Origin: a phage
Length of the DNA stretch: 64,000 nt
Reading direction: 5' to 3' (one strand)
Assembly (NCBI GenBank): GCA_008273105.1
Contig: GCA_008273105.1_4080.1
Of the stretch, positions 29,005 to 39,569 are shown one piece after another. The position numbers were made by a program, and so were the translations under genes. The notes below the pieces were generated by a model, which searched no databases, was not told the origin of the DNA, and was given only the letters and a program-made list of their open reading frames with translations. The number at the start of each line of letters is the position of its first letter. The first letter of the stretch is position 1.

Positions 29005-31794
29005 TTATAAATCACGGAAACGATTTGGTGTGTTTAAGCGGTACATTGAGTATAATCCCAATCCACGCATAATCTCACCTGCCCAGAAACCAAAAAACAT
29101 ACCATTATCAGTACCTTCTCTAACTGCTGGACTCCATGAACCATTCATTGGTGAACCTGGATTTACAATAACATAATTCTTTTGAAGTTCGAGAACTAAG
29201 TTATCAGCGAGTGTTGTTAGACCTTCTATTTTACATCCAGCCAATCCAGCAGCACAAGCCCCAGCTAACCACAACCCACACATATGACCTGTAAAGTCCC
29301 AATCTGGACCTTCAACTGTGCCATCTTTATTGAAGATTGTTGGTGAACGACCATCATTATCTTTTTGAAATTGAATTAAAAAGTGAATCCAATTCTCACA
29401 AAATTCAACAAGATCTGCTGGTGGTTCAATTCCTCTCTCTGCGAGTTCTTGCCATGCTCTGGCAGCCCCAAAGAACGCACGTGGTTCATACCCACTCCAT
29501 GCTTGATCACCCCAATGTAGCATAGTAAATGTATCTGGTTCACCATATTTTAAGTTATCCCAGCGGTTCCAAACATATGCTTGTGCACACGGACCAACAG
29601 TACCGAATTGTTGAGTAAACCATGTTTGGGAATCTTTCATAAAGCTTAACATGTTTCCTAAGCGTGTGTTATCTACTGGCTGGTCTTTAAAACAATATAT
29701 CACAGGATATTGATAACCTGGATACGGTAAACCACGCCATCCTGAATACTGGTTCGCATACGGGTCAGTGATGTTAGAAAATGGTATTGTTCCTGGTGTG
29801 TAATGCAATGAGTTTAACAAATAATCTTTGATTACACAATCCCCTAACTGTGCAGTATATGGTGATTCACCTGCAATTGTTATTGAAAATGTCATAGTAT
29901 AGTCATCACCGTCAGCATCCGTGTATAATTCTGGAATGTCATTAATACAATACCAATCAATTATTGCAGCAACACCATCTACTGGGGTTGTATCAGGTAA
30001 AATAGTAATATCTTCTAGTTCACTATAAACTGGTGCATCTGGTCTTGGGTCAGAACTTGGATGATTTGGCTGATACCCAGATAAACGTAATGTATCGGGA
30101 CTTAGTGTGATTGTAGTCCATTCCCCGTGTGTTGCAGGAATCATCCACCACCATCTCCAACCATTATCATCTACAATTCTTATATTGTAATCATCTTCAT
30201 ATGAACGATAGGTAAAAGATTTAACTTCAGACTTATTTGTTGCTAATAGCCAAAATCCAATAACAGCACCATCATCTTCACCACAAACTAACTGATTAAT
30301 GGTATCGCGGCGTGTAACTAATATATCAGTACTATATATCATTTCGGACGTAGCTGCACCATAAGGAACAACAATTCTACTATCAGCAATTATATAAGGG
30401 GAACCATCTGCTTTCTTTTCTCTAACAAATGCACTTAAAGGTGTTAATGAATGTGTGATATTTTGGTCTTTACTTTCCGGTAAGCCACAACGATAACGAA
30501 CAACATCATGGTCATTTTTTGTTTTTGACAATTCCAGTACTGGTTTAAATGATAACGGCTTACCATCATCACATACACCACCATAGTCTACAAGTAATTT
30601 AGAATCAGCATTGACCCTGAACCAAATAGCTTGTTGTTCCATTGTACTTTGTGCACTTTGGTCTTGCCTGATAGTAATATATCCTAGAGAATTTCTACCA
30701 AACTTAGCAATAGCATCACTTGGATAAAAATATTCATAGGAAATACCATCAGTGAATGGTGTGGTTACAATTGTACTTTGTCTGAAAAATTTATCTCTGG
30801 AGTCAATATCACCATAAGCATAACACGTTAGTAGTGAACATTTCCAACCCAAATAATGTTTTCTTTCTTTTGTTATTTTATATAACAAATAAGAAGCATC
30901 ACTAAACCACAATTCTGCATCTGATGCGTTATCCGCAAATTCCAAATCAATTGGAACATGAAGTGGGCGGTTGTGTTGCATTTCATTTCGTTGAATTATC
31001 ACACCACCATATTCTACTGGTTGACGATTTGCAAAATTTAATTTATATACACCATTAATTGTTGTATTCTTTAATTGAACAGTTCCTTTTTCAGATTCGT
31101 CAAAACCTTCTGCTAAAATATTACCATCCCAGTCGATTTTTCTACCCATGAAATCGATAATCCAGTCAACATCATATTGTTCACCTGGTGTATCCCAATC
31201 AACACTACCATCTGGTAATAATGCTTTTACTGACGCATTTATTTGGTTCCATGCTAAAGCACCTTTGAATGCAAATGTTACTTTATCCAAGAACTGACCA
31301 TAATAAGGTGCACCATGTGGTATTTTACATTGTCCATTTGTAAATGTAAATTCTACACCCTTGAAACCACCATGTGTAGGCCATCCATCATCAGCTAAAG
31401 GCCAGTTAGCCAATATAGGTTCTTTGGCATTAACTATCCAGTTACATTGTAGTGGTGTAGGTGGATCTGGTAATTCACGTCCAGCATAAAAGTACTGATG
31501 ATATGCGTCCCAGTACCACTTTGCCTTATCTAAAAACATTGGATCATTTGTTGCCAGATACGCATAAATGTATCCTAAAATTAATAGACTTTGACCTTCT
31601 GTTGTCCCGTCACCGTTTGGTTGACCTTCCATTGCAGAATAGTTAATAAAATGACGGTTGTTCGCCAAAACACCCTGATTATTCACCACATAATGTTGTA
31701 CTGTTGGGTCTATTGTATCACCAGTATTTCTTTCAATAAATTTGTGATGCCCATAAAGAAGTTGTACAATATTATCAATATTATTGTTTAACAT
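29005..31794 (-). CDS. large hypothetical protein (929 aa), possibly virion-associated with glycoside-hydrolase-like region
   Basis: Long Trp/Tyr/Gly-rich ORF; call is weak, from composition only. Confidence 0.55.
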   Translation of the reverse strand: MLNNNIDNIVQLLYGHHKFIERNTGDTIDPTVQHYVVNNQGVLANNRHFINYSAMEGQPNGDGTTEGQSLLILGYIYAYLATNDPMFLDKAKWYWDAYHQYFYAGRELPDPPTPLQCNWIVNAKEPILANWPLADDGWPTHGGFKGVEFTFTNGQCKIPHGAPYYGQFLDKVTFAFKGALAWNQINASVKALLPDGSVDWDTPGEQYDVDWIIDFMGRKIDWDGNILAEGFDESEKGTVQLKNTTINGVYKLNFANRQPVEYGGVIIQRNEMQHNRPLHVPIDLEFADNASDAELWFSDASYLLYKITKERKHYLGWKCSLLTCYAYGDIDSRDKFFRQSTIVTTPFTDGISYEYFYPSDAIAKFGRNSLGYITIRQDQSAQSTMEQQAIWFRVNADSKLLVDYGGVCDDGKPLSFKPVLELSKTKNDHDVVRYRCGLPESKDQNITHSLTPLSAFVREKKADGSPYIIADSRIVVPYGAATSEMIYSTDILVTRRDTINQLVCGEDDGAVIGFWLLATNKSEVKSFTYRSYEDDYNIRIVDDNGWRWWWMIPATHGEWTTITLSPDTLRLSGYQPNHPSSDPRPDAPVYSELEDITILPDTTPVDGVAAIIDWYCINDIPELYTDADGDDYTMTFSITIAGESPYTAQLGDCVIKDYLLNSLHYTPGTIPFSNITDPYANQYSGWRGLPYPGYQYPVIYCFKDQPVDNTRLGNMLSFMKDSQTWFTQQFGTVGPCAQAYVWNRWDNLKYGEPDTFTMLHWGDQAWSGYEPRAFFGAARAWQELAERGIEPPADLVEFCENWIHFLIQFQKDNDGRSPTIFNKDGTVEGPDWDFTGHMCGLWLAGACAAGLAGCKIEGLTTLADNLVLELQKNYVIVNPGSPMNGSWSPAVREGTDNGMFFGFWAGEIMRGLGLYSMYRLNTPNRFRDL

Positions 31795-31795
31795 A

Positions 31796-32332
31796 TCATA
31801 CTCCTGCTCTAATTAATGCACCGTACCATGTAACTCCTTTATCATATGTTTCTAATGAAATAATATCTTTTTCACCAATTTCATAAGAAAGAACAACTGG
31901 TCTGTTATATGACCATTTAACATTAGAACCCCAATTAACTAGGTTTGAACCTGTTTGTTGTGTTAATAGGATGGTAATTGAATAAACTTCAGTAGGAGCC
32001 GCACCAATCGAAATAGTAGTATTTCTATCAGATAAATTAATATTAAAAACAGCATTGCCCGACAGTGGATTAATTAAAATATTATTAGAACTTAATACAT
32101 TATATAACTTATTACTTGCACTATCATATAATGTTACCCATTCTGTTTCATGATTCTCGTTAGTAGCTTTAGCTTTTATCTTAACATTATTTTCAGAATC
32201 AGTCATTCCAGTCCATCCAGATATAATAAAAGAACTGTTTTTATTAGTTCCGAATGATGCAATCACAGAATCACTAAGAGAACTATCTTCACCATCAATA
32301 GATCCGAGTACTGACAATGTTAAAACCATCAT
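31796..32332 (-). CDS. hypothetical protein
   Basis: 178-aa ORF; 38-nt overlap with upstream ORF in +1 frame. Confidence 0.5.
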   Translation of the reverse strand: MMVLTLSVLGSIDGEDSSLSDSVIASFGTNKNSSFIISGWTGMTDSENNVKIKAKATNENHETEWVTLYDSASNKLYNVLSSNNILINPLSGNAVFNINLSDRNTTISIGAAPTEVYSITILLTQQTGSNLVNWGSNVKWSYNRPVVLSYEIGEKDIISLETYDKGVTWYGALIRAGV

Positions 32333-32486
32333 TTTTAATGTCTACACCAGTTGCACCTGAAAAATTATTTTGAAATTTAATAACTCCGGTAGTGTGGATA
32401 TCTGTGAAAATTTGTTGTGCCATACTTAATCCTTGTGTTAATTTATATTGAGTATTTATTGAGTGTAATGGCATTTTTAGTACCAT
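32295..32486 (-). CDS. small hypothetical protein (possibly N-terminal part of 31796-32332 via frameshift)
   Basis: 63-aa ORF, weak RBS. Confidence 0.3.
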   Translation of the reverse strand: MVLKMPLHSINTQYKLTQGLSMAQQIFTDIHTTGVIKFQNNFSGATGVDIKNDGFNIVSTRIY

Positions 32487-32500
32487 TACACTTGTATATG

Positions 32501-34771
32501 TTACTTATACCATTGCATTTCTCTAATATCAATGATAATTTTTGATGCTAACTTGATGTTTGGTTTTTTAGGAAGTACTGATTTCTTATATAGAACATCA
32601 CGAATGTATTGTACTTTATCATCGAAATATTCTAAGACTTCTTCATACTTCCATTTACCATTACGAATATCCATCAACATTTGTGCATCTGGTCGTTTAA
32701 CTTGAATAATTCCACTTTGTAATGCTTCTTCTGCACTATTCAAAAGTCGGATTGTGTGCATAGCATGTTTACAGTTTCCATGTAATGCAGTTTTACCATT
32801 TCTACGAGTAACCAGTGTACCGTTCGGAACTGAAAAACAAACAGTTCTGTAGTTAGTTACTGGAATTTTTTCAAGATTTTGTTTCATGTTTATTTTTTCT
32901 GATTTAGGTTTCATATTGATATGAACTTGATACATTTCAATATAACCAAAATTAGTTTCGTTTGTGTATGGTCCCCATTTCGATGTTTCATAACCGCACA
33001 GTAATGCTAGTTTTTGAACATCATCAGCTAATAATGAATTAGCAGTATAATATACATATGTGTCATCATGATTGACCAAATTACGTTTTGTACCATCACC
33101 TTGCAACAAACCTTTTAGCAGAAAATCCATTTTTCGTTTTGTTAAATCAAATGCCCAATTTGGAATTCTTTTATTATATGATCCATGCCCACAATCATTA
33201 TATAATGCTTCAGCCACTTCACGTGGAAATACAAATCTTGATTCATCATTTGATTGGTAATCTTTTCTTTCGTTAATGTATTCCTGAAATATCATTTGTC
33301 CAGATTGTTTGTATTTTGATAAAGCACAACGCATACCAGGACTGGCTTTTGATTGTGAAATGTATAATGATTTTACTTTTCCATCTCTAAAACTTATACT
33401 ACCATCTGAAAGAAACCATCCCATCAGTTGAAGATAAACTTTGATATCCATATAGTCAATTGGGCTTTTTTTATCTTTATATTCCTTTGTTATTGGAGAT
33501 AATGTATTCAAAATTTTATAAGTTTCTTTTAATTGTGCTGCTTCAACAAATTGCCATTCTGACATATCTTTTTGCTGATTACGTGCATAATTCTTAACAT
33601 ACATTCTGTGATTTGCAGTCACTAACGTATCTTGGTGATGACCAGTGAAATGGTAAAGATTTCCATTGTATAAATTATCAAAACGTTCTGTGTATTTTTG
33701 ATACTCTATTTTGTGATTTTTATCAAAAGTCGCTAATAGATCTTTATCAGTGATGTCGTCAAATAATTTCCAACCATCTTTAGTTAAGAATTCAGTATCA
33801 AAACTATAACAGTCGTATCCGTGTTGTGATTCTAAAATAGCACGTTTGGCATTACGATTTTCTTTCCATTTATGATAACTTTTCCTATTCTCACTATTTT
33901 CCTGATATTCTTTTTCGTTAAATTTGACAATTAGTTCTGGTTTAGTTTTCAACTCTTCAGTACTACGCTCTTTAGAAAAATAACGCAATGATCCATCACC
34001 GTTGATAGTGCTTTCATTCGGATTTTTAATAATCGCAAAAATGTTTTCTCCGTAATGAATTAGTTCATAACCATTATTAAAATTCAATAAATTGAAATCA
34101 CGATCAAGAATTTTTTCAGTAGTGTAGTTATGCACTAATCTTACAAAATGATATTGCTTTAATGGATTTTTCGAAACTAACTGCAATGACGTATCACGCA
34201 TATATTTTTCAAAATCAATCTTTTTAGCATTAAATGGATGTAAGTTGGATGTATCTAAACGTTCAACAAGATACTGTGGGAATGAATCATACATCCACGC
34301 AAGAACCTCATCGACAGGGTGTTCTTCTAAAATCTCATTTAATCGTTTTTCAGCAATACGCTCTTTATCCATCCAACCGTGATGATTTGTCATACGCTTA
34401 ATCTGATTATATGCATATCCAGTGTATGAAAATGCAATCTTGGAACTAAGAAGTTTTTGGTTAAATGAACGAAGATAGTCATAAATCTCAGTACTTTCTA
34501 CAATGTGTTCTGGATCGACCCATAGTGATTCCAATATATTAGGGTTGGCTTCAGTGTATAATTTTAAATACTGATTTAACTCATAGAATTTAGTATCTTC
34601 TTCATTTTTATCAGCTACTTCTTTGACCTTATAGAATGGCGTAAGAATAAATTCTTTATTAGCAAGAAAAATACCACGATAATCAGTATCACTTTCAGGT
34701 GTACTGGTTCCGTAGGCTTGTGACCCAGCCAAGTGTTTCACTATTGTTTGTTCAACATATTGGTTATTCAT
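32501..34771 (-). CDS. Pol-beta-superfamily nucleotidyltransferase interrupted by an intein
   Basis: N-terminal HLAGSQAYGTSTPESDTDYRGIF (GS...SDxD NTase motif); in-frame ~346-aa intein; C-extein CKHAMHTIRLL... Confidence 0.7.
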   Translation of the reverse strand: MNNQYVEQTIVKHLAGSQAYGTSTPESDTDYRGIFLANKEFILTPFYKVKEVADKNEEDTKFYELNQYLKLYTEANPNILESLWVDPEHIVESTEIYDYLRSFNQKLLSSKIAFSYTGYAYNQIKRMTNHHGWMDKERIAEKRLNEILEEHPVDEVLAWMYDSFPQYLVERLDTSNLHPFNAKKIDFEKYMRDTSLQLVSKNPLKQYHFVRLVHNYTTEKILDRDFNLLNFNNGYELIHYGENIFAIIKNPNESTINGDGSLRYFSKERSTEELKTKPELIVKFNEKEYQENSENRKSYHKWKENRNAKRAILESQHGYDCYSFDTEFLTKDGWKLFDDITDKDLLATFDKNHKIEYQKYTERFDNLYNGNLYHFTGHHQDTLVTANHRMYVKNYARNQQKDMSEWQFVEAAQLKETYKILNTLSPITKEYKDKKSPIDYMDIKVYLQLMGWFLSDGSISFRDGKVKSLYISQSKASPGMRCALSKYKQSGQMIFQEYINERKDYQSNDESRFVFPREVAEALYNDCGHGSYNKRIPNWAFDLTKRKMDFLLKGLLQGDGTKRNLVNHDDTYVYYTANSLLADDVQKLALLCGYETSKWGPYTNETNFGYIEMYQVHINMKPKSEKINMKQNLEKIPVTNYRTVCFSVPNGTLVTRRNGKTALHGNCKHAMHTIRLLNSAEEALQSGIIQVKRPDAQMLMDIRNGKWKYEEVLEYFDDKVQYIRDVLYKKSVLPKKPNIKLASKIIIDIREMQWYK
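32774..33811 (-). mobile_element. intein with LAGLIDADG homing endonuclease domain
   Basis: Block A CYSFDTEFLTKDGWK; LAGLIDADG-like LMGWFLSDGSISF and LLKGLLQGDGT; C-terminal ...ALHGN then Cys+1; boundaries approximate. Confidence 0.75.
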
Positions 34772-35169
34772 AGATAAATTGTTAACTCCTTTAAGAAACC
34801 GTTATAATAACGATTAAAGTCATGTTCTAATGTTTTATAATCATCAAAACTAAAACCTAAATTGATAATTGTATCTTCTTGAAAGAAAGTTTCTTCATTC
34901 ATACATTCAATTGGTTCGTAATTAATTCCACCTTTAAAAACTTTTGTAAAAAATATTCCATCATTATTAATTTCAACATACATAAAATTATTTTCTGGGT
35001 CACGAGGGCAGACGATATTCAGTGAACTATTTCCACTCGTGTTGTACTCATAAGAAATTATATCAAAAGAATCAATACCATAACACTTAGATTTTTCTTT
35101 ATCACCAAATACTTTTCTATCTGTACTCATATTGCGTATAGTGCTGTAGATATCATCAACTGTAGTCAT
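34768..35169 (-). CDS. hypothetical protein
   Basis: 133-aa ORF. Confidence 0.5.
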   Translation of the reverse strand: MTTVDDIYSTIRNMSTDRKVFGDKEKSKCYGIDSFDIISYEYNTSGNSSLNIVCPRDPENNFMYVEINNDGIFFTKVFKGGINYEPIECMNEETFFQEDTIINLGFSFDDYKTLEHDFNRYYNGFLKELTIYL

Positions 35170-35171
35170 CG

Positions 35172-35681
35172 TTAACCACCATACTTTGACTTGTATGTTT
35201 CAAGTGATAAAGAAATACGATTTTGCTTTTTAATTCTTTCATCAATATCCTTTGAATTCTTCACACTTCGGTATACGTCAGCTAGTAAATTATAATCTTC
35301 TTTATTTGAGCTATGCTGTGCCCAACCTATCTCTGTTTTAATACGAACATTTGCTTTATTTGACGAGTAAAAGAAACTGAATCCATTGGACCCATCAAAA
35401 ATATCAAAAGTATCTACCCAATCACCATAAGGAAAGCTCATTGGAACTGACTCATGGTCTATTGTGATATCCGATAAATTTTTTGAACAGTACTTCGCAA
35501 AGTGATAAACGATTGGATCACATTTTGATAATTCGTATTTGTATTCAATGATAGTTTTTCTATTAGCATCATTGATAGCATATTCTTTTATCAATGGACT
35601 TTTTTTGATGATAAGAGTCCATAGAAACGATTCTAATCCTGTTTCATCAACTTTTTGTTTCTTTTTGAAAAATGAAATCAT
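35172..35681 (-). CDS. hypothetical protein, tandem paralog family member 3
   Basis: Shares KSxxLK...TDxDR(K/R)...KYxLSK and W...FxG motifs with the two upstream genes. Confidence 0.55.
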   Translation of the reverse strand: MISFFKKKQKVDETGLESFLWTLIIKKSPLIKEYAINDANRKTIIEYKYELSKCDPIVYHFAKYCSKNLSDITIDHESVPMSFPYGDWVDTFDIFDGSNGFSFFYSSNKANVRIKTEIGWAQHSSNKEDYNLLADVYRSVKNSKDIDERIKKQNRISLSLETYKSKYGG

Positions 35682-36199
35682 TTATATAAACCCTTAATTT
35701 TCTGTCTATTATGTATATCATTTTGCTGGATTTTCAATTTAGTAAGGTTGTTTCTTACACCTTCAACACCACGCATTATTTGTAACATAATTAGTGATTC
35801 GTCATATGTTAGGACATTGCTATTATTATCGATATATACTTTCACTCCACTTTCAAGATAATCATTTTCTTTGGAGTTAAAGTTTCTAATAACAAACTTA
35901 ACGCCATTTGATGCATCACTGAAAACATATCGTTCCGCACCGTAGAATGTTTTTCCACGAAATAAACCGCCGTCTTCCCACTTCCAACGACTAGATTCAT
36001 AATCATTAACGTAATCAATGATTAAAGAAAGTAAAGGGTGTTTGCTCAATTTATATTTTGCATCTAACAGGATACGTCTATCATTATCTGTGGTGATAAT
36101 ATCCTTTAGTGAGTAGCTTTTAGATATAATTTTAAAGATAATTTCATGCCAAATTAAAGTACTGTTTTGTTTTCCAACTGATCCAAAAAACATATCCAT
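35678..36199 (-). CDS. hypothetical protein, tandem paralog family member 2
   Basis: Paralog of 35172-35681 and 36206-36772. Confidence 0.55.
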   Translation of the reverse strand: MDMFFGSVGKQNSTLIWHEIIFKIISKSYSLKDIITTDNDRRILLDAKYKLSKHPLLSLIIDYVNDYESSRWKWEDGGLFRGKTFYGAERYVFSDASNGVKFVIRNFNSKENDYLESGVKVYIDNNSNVLTYDESLIMLQIMRGVEGVRNNLTKLKIQQNDIHNRQKIKGLYK

Positions 36200-36205
36200 T
36201 CCTCA

Positions 36206-36772
36206 TTAGTATAAATCAGTAATGTCTTTGTATGCATTAATCTGTTTTTGTTGTAATGAAAGTTCATTGAGTTTAGTTACCATCTTATCTACACCAACAC
36301 GTGTATAGAAAATAATTAATGAATCTAAATTGCCTAGAGTAATTCTTGAACTGTAAGTTGAAAGTTTTCTTGCATAAACATAAATTTCTTCTTCACTTGG
36401 TAAACGTTTCTCAATCTGCAAGATTTCCTCACCATTCGGCTCATAATCGATTTCAAATTCAACTCCCATCACTGTGTCTTGAATGCGATCTGTATATGAA
36501 CCACCGTAAAAATACTCTCTTGGTTTGGCTCTCCAACGAGGACTAAATGGGTCAGATGCGTATTCTTTTACAAATTTGTAAAAGGACATTTTACTGAGCA
36601 TATACTTCATCTCAATTAGTGCTTTGCGGTCATCATCAGTTTTAAACTCTGCTTTGAGCGATGGACTTTTACACAGTAACTTAACTAAATTGTTGTACAT
36701 CTTTAATGTACGTTGTTCTTTCATTTCTTTGATTTTGTGACGTTTTGGTGGCGGTAATAAAGATTTGACCAT
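36206..36772 (-). CDS. hypothetical protein, tandem paralog family member 1
   Basis: Paralog; AGGAGG RBS; first gene after fibre-gene terminator. Confidence 0.55.
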   Translation of the reverse strand: MVKSLLPPPKRHKIKEMKEQRTLKMYNNLVKLLCKSPSLKAEFKTDDDRKALIEMKYMLSKMSFYKFVKEYASDPFSPRWRAKPREYFYGGSYTDRIQDTVMGVEFEIDYEPNGEEILQIEKRLPSEEEIYVYARKLSTYSSRITLGNLDSLIIFYTRVGVDKMVTKLNELSLQQKQINAYKDITDLY

Positions 36773-36805
36773 AATTTCCTCCTATTTTTATTCAATTATA
36801 CACAT

Positions 36806-36835
36806 AAAAGAAAAGCCCGTCAATAGACGAGCTTT
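36806..36835 (-). terminator. rho-independent terminator after fibre gene
   Basis: Stem GCTCGTC/GACGGGC (one mismatch), 4-nt loop, TTTTCTTTT tail. Confidence 0.55.
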
Positions 36836-36839
36836 AAAT

Positions 36840-39569
36840 TTATTTCCAACGTGTACCTGGACCTGATGGTACACCAGTACTGGCAGGTATCGCTGAACCA
36901 CGTTTCGTTGTACTTGGACGATATGTCAAAAAACGAGTTACTTTTTCTGTATCAATTGAAGTTATTCCTGAAGTTCCAGTAACTATCTTACCAATGTAAG
37001 TGCTAGTTAAAGATTCATCAATTGTTTCAGTACTAATAACATATGACGCTTTCTTAGTATTCCTGTTCATTTGTATATACAAATAGAACGTAGTATTAGC
37101 TGGATTACTTTTTACAGTACTTAAATCAACACTTTGTATAGGTAGTCTGTCGAAAATTCCACCTAAAAACACCGGAACTTCACGTGTAAAGTACACTGAG
37201 AATCCTTGTGCAACGTCTTGTGATACTACCACAATCTTTTCTTTAACGCTACCATTTCCACTAATTAAACCATCCATTTCAGCAGATGTTGTACCAAAAA
37301 CGCTGAATACAGATTTGGTTTGATAGTCAGAATCTTGAAAATTGTAATATCCAAAACCAACACCAGGAATAACACCATGTTGATATGCTGCACCAAGTTG
37401 GATGTAACTAGATGATAAAAAACGATTTGATGTTATGACACCATCTACTGTTTTAGCTATCATCATCTTAAATTGTGCATTACCTGGTTGTGAAAATTGA
37501 TGAACGGCATCAACACCAATGTAACCAAATCCTGAATATTTTGCAACAGTTAGACCAGTACAACGTTTCATATATGCTTCAGTAATAATTCCTGTAACAG
37601 AACTCAGTGTTTCATATCTAGTACTCACCAATGTAGCTGAAGTTATGTTAGTTCCAGATAATACAACATCAACTTCGGCATAGATTGCATAACCTTGGTT
37701 ATTGTTAAGATTATATGCTGAAACTACTGCGATGGATTTAGAAAAAGTATTATCAGGTACATAATATAATACAATTTGTCCAGATAGTGTACCAACAATG
37801 CCAGAGTTTCCTATATTAGCAAAAATATCTTGTTTTAATGATTCTAATACCGTTGGTTCTATTGTATATGTTTCATCAAATTCTAAAGTATCTGGATTTA
37901 ATAATCCACCACTTGTTTTATATACACCTTCAATGAATGATGTTCCATAGCATCTAACACTACCATCGGTATCAACAAGAGAAATCATAGCAGTGTATGT
38001 AAAATCATCGCCTATTTGTTTACGATTAGATTGTGGTGCAAAACCATTTAATGTAGTATTATTTTGAACTGAGTTATATTGATATGTTGGTTGTGAACCT
38101 ATTTCAGAAAAAACAGTATTATTATAATTATATGTTACATCATCATACGTACCAGAACATGCTAATAATATTTTTCTATTATCGATGAAACGTACACCTA
38201 AAAGGTTTGCACCAACAGCACTACCAAAAACTGGTAAAACGTTTGCATTTATAACGTTACTTGCGGTTCTAGTACTGGCAACCCATGAATCAAACGGTGT
38301 ACCACTAACCTTATATCGTTGTAGACCATAAAATTCAGTTGAACTCCATCTAAATTTAGATGCAAATACCAAACCATCTTTAGTTTGACATAAACCACCT
38401 GCGTTTCCTAATACACCAGCAGCAGTTGTCCCTGTGAAGTTGACCATATTAATTTCAAATGGGTTAGAAACTTGAAATCCATTATTATATGAAACAGTTG
38501 CAGGTGCACGAGCACTACCATCTAGTGACATAGATTTTGAGTTTATATTATAAACAAAACTTATTCCAGTACCATAAACTGTTGAAATATACAAAGGTGT
38601 AACCATTCGATGTGTTGGATATAAAGTTACACGTATTTTTGATAAATCAGGACTAACGTTGGCTTGAATGTTAAAGTCTGTATAGTCTGAAAATTCTACA
38701 CGTGATACTGGTGATGTAACTTCGAATAATGAATCCGAGCTAGTACCAACACTATATAATTTATCGAACACTCTTATGTTATTAGATGCAGAATAACTTG
38801 TGTTTCGAACAGTTTGACCTGATAACCCAGTAACTTTTGTTAATGATGCCATTGAGCTTGCTTTCACATCACTTAGCTCTACTGTATAAATTGAAAGTGC
38901 TAATCCTAAATTAGAAACACTTTTATCTTTACACCAAATATAAACCTTTGTCCCAACAATATGTGTATATATTGGCATATCATTACCAAAAGAAGTACTT
39001 GGCACTTTAGCATGAATATGTGATATTTCGTTAAATGTGCCATTGGTTATAGTAAAAATATAATTATCTTCAGTACTTAAACATCCAAGCATCTCATAAC
39101 CATTAGAGCCAATAAAATACTTAATATTTTCAGTACTACTCATAATTGAAGGTTTATACATTGAATTGGTTGAAATAACACTTTCTTGTGAAATCATAGT
39201 TATATTTCGGAGATCTCGTATAAATGAATAATAAAAACCTTTAGTACTACCATTGGTTCCGCTACGCAGAACAACGGCGGTTCCATCATCTTCAATAATT
39301 GTTGGCTGAACTACTTGGTCACTTGACATAGGTGTAGCACCTTCATACGATCCACTTACGTTTAATGGTAAGTAATCCATTTCTCCTACACGTGATATAG
39401 GCAACATATCTAAAATACTTTGAACTTCTGAACGCTTATATATTGGATATTGAACAATTCCAGTATTGGCATTCGGTGAGGTTCCATTAAAAGTACGCAT
39501 AGCGTACCTTTGTCCAATTGCCAAGTTCCCAAGGATCTCGGCACTTCCTATAATTCGTTTTGATGACAT
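36840..39569 (-). CDS. putative tail fibre / receptor-binding protein (paralog A)
   Basis: ~910 aa from MSSKRIIG (AAGGAAAATAAAG RBS); N-terminal LRSGTNGS and C-terminal GTSGIT...TYRPS...GxPSxxGT modules shared with 40185-42881. Confidence 0.6.
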   Translation of the reverse strand: MSSKRIIGSAEILGNLAIGQRYAMRTFNGTSPNANTGIVQYPIYKRSEVQSILDMLPISRVGEMDYLPLNVSGSYEGATPMSSDQVVQPTIIEDDGTAVVLRSGTNGSTKGFYYSFIRDLRNITMISQESVISTNSMYKPSIMSSTENIKYFIGSNGYEMLGCLSTEDNYIFTITNGTFNEISHIHAKVPSTSFGNDMPIYTHIVGTKVYIWCKDKSVSNLGLALSIYTVELSDVKASSMASLTKVTGLSGQTVRNTSYSASNNIRVFDKLYSVGTSSDSLFEVTSPVSRVEFSDYTDFNIQANVSPDLSKIRVTLYPTHRMVTPLYISTVYGTGISFVYNINSKSMSLDGSARAPATVSYNNGFQVSNPFEINMVNFTGTTAAGVLGNAGGLCQTKDGLVFASKFRWSSTEFYGLQRYKVSGTPFDSWVASTRTASNVINANVLPVFGSAVGANLLGVRFIDNRKILLACSGTYDDVTYNYNNTVFSEIGSQPTYQYNSVQNNTTLNGFAPQSNRKQIGDDFTYTAMISLVDTDGSVRCYGTSFIEGVYKTSGGLLNPDTLEFDETYTIEPTVLESLKQDIFANIGNSGIVGTLSGQIVLYYVPDNTFSKSIAVVSAYNLNNNQGYAIYAEVDVVLSGTNITSATLVSTRYETLSSVTGIITEAYMKRCTGLTVAKYSGFGYIGVDAVHQFSQPGNAQFKMMIAKTVDGVITSNRFLSSSYIQLGAAYQHGVIPGVGFGYYNFQDSDYQTKSVFSVFGTTSAEMDGLISGNGSVKEKIVVVSQDVAQGFSVYFTREVPVFLGGIFDRLPIQSVDLSTVKSNPANTTFYLYIQMNRNTKKASYVISTETIDESLTSTYIGKIVTGTSGITSIDTEKVTRFLTYRPSTTKRGSAIPASTGVPSGPGTRWK

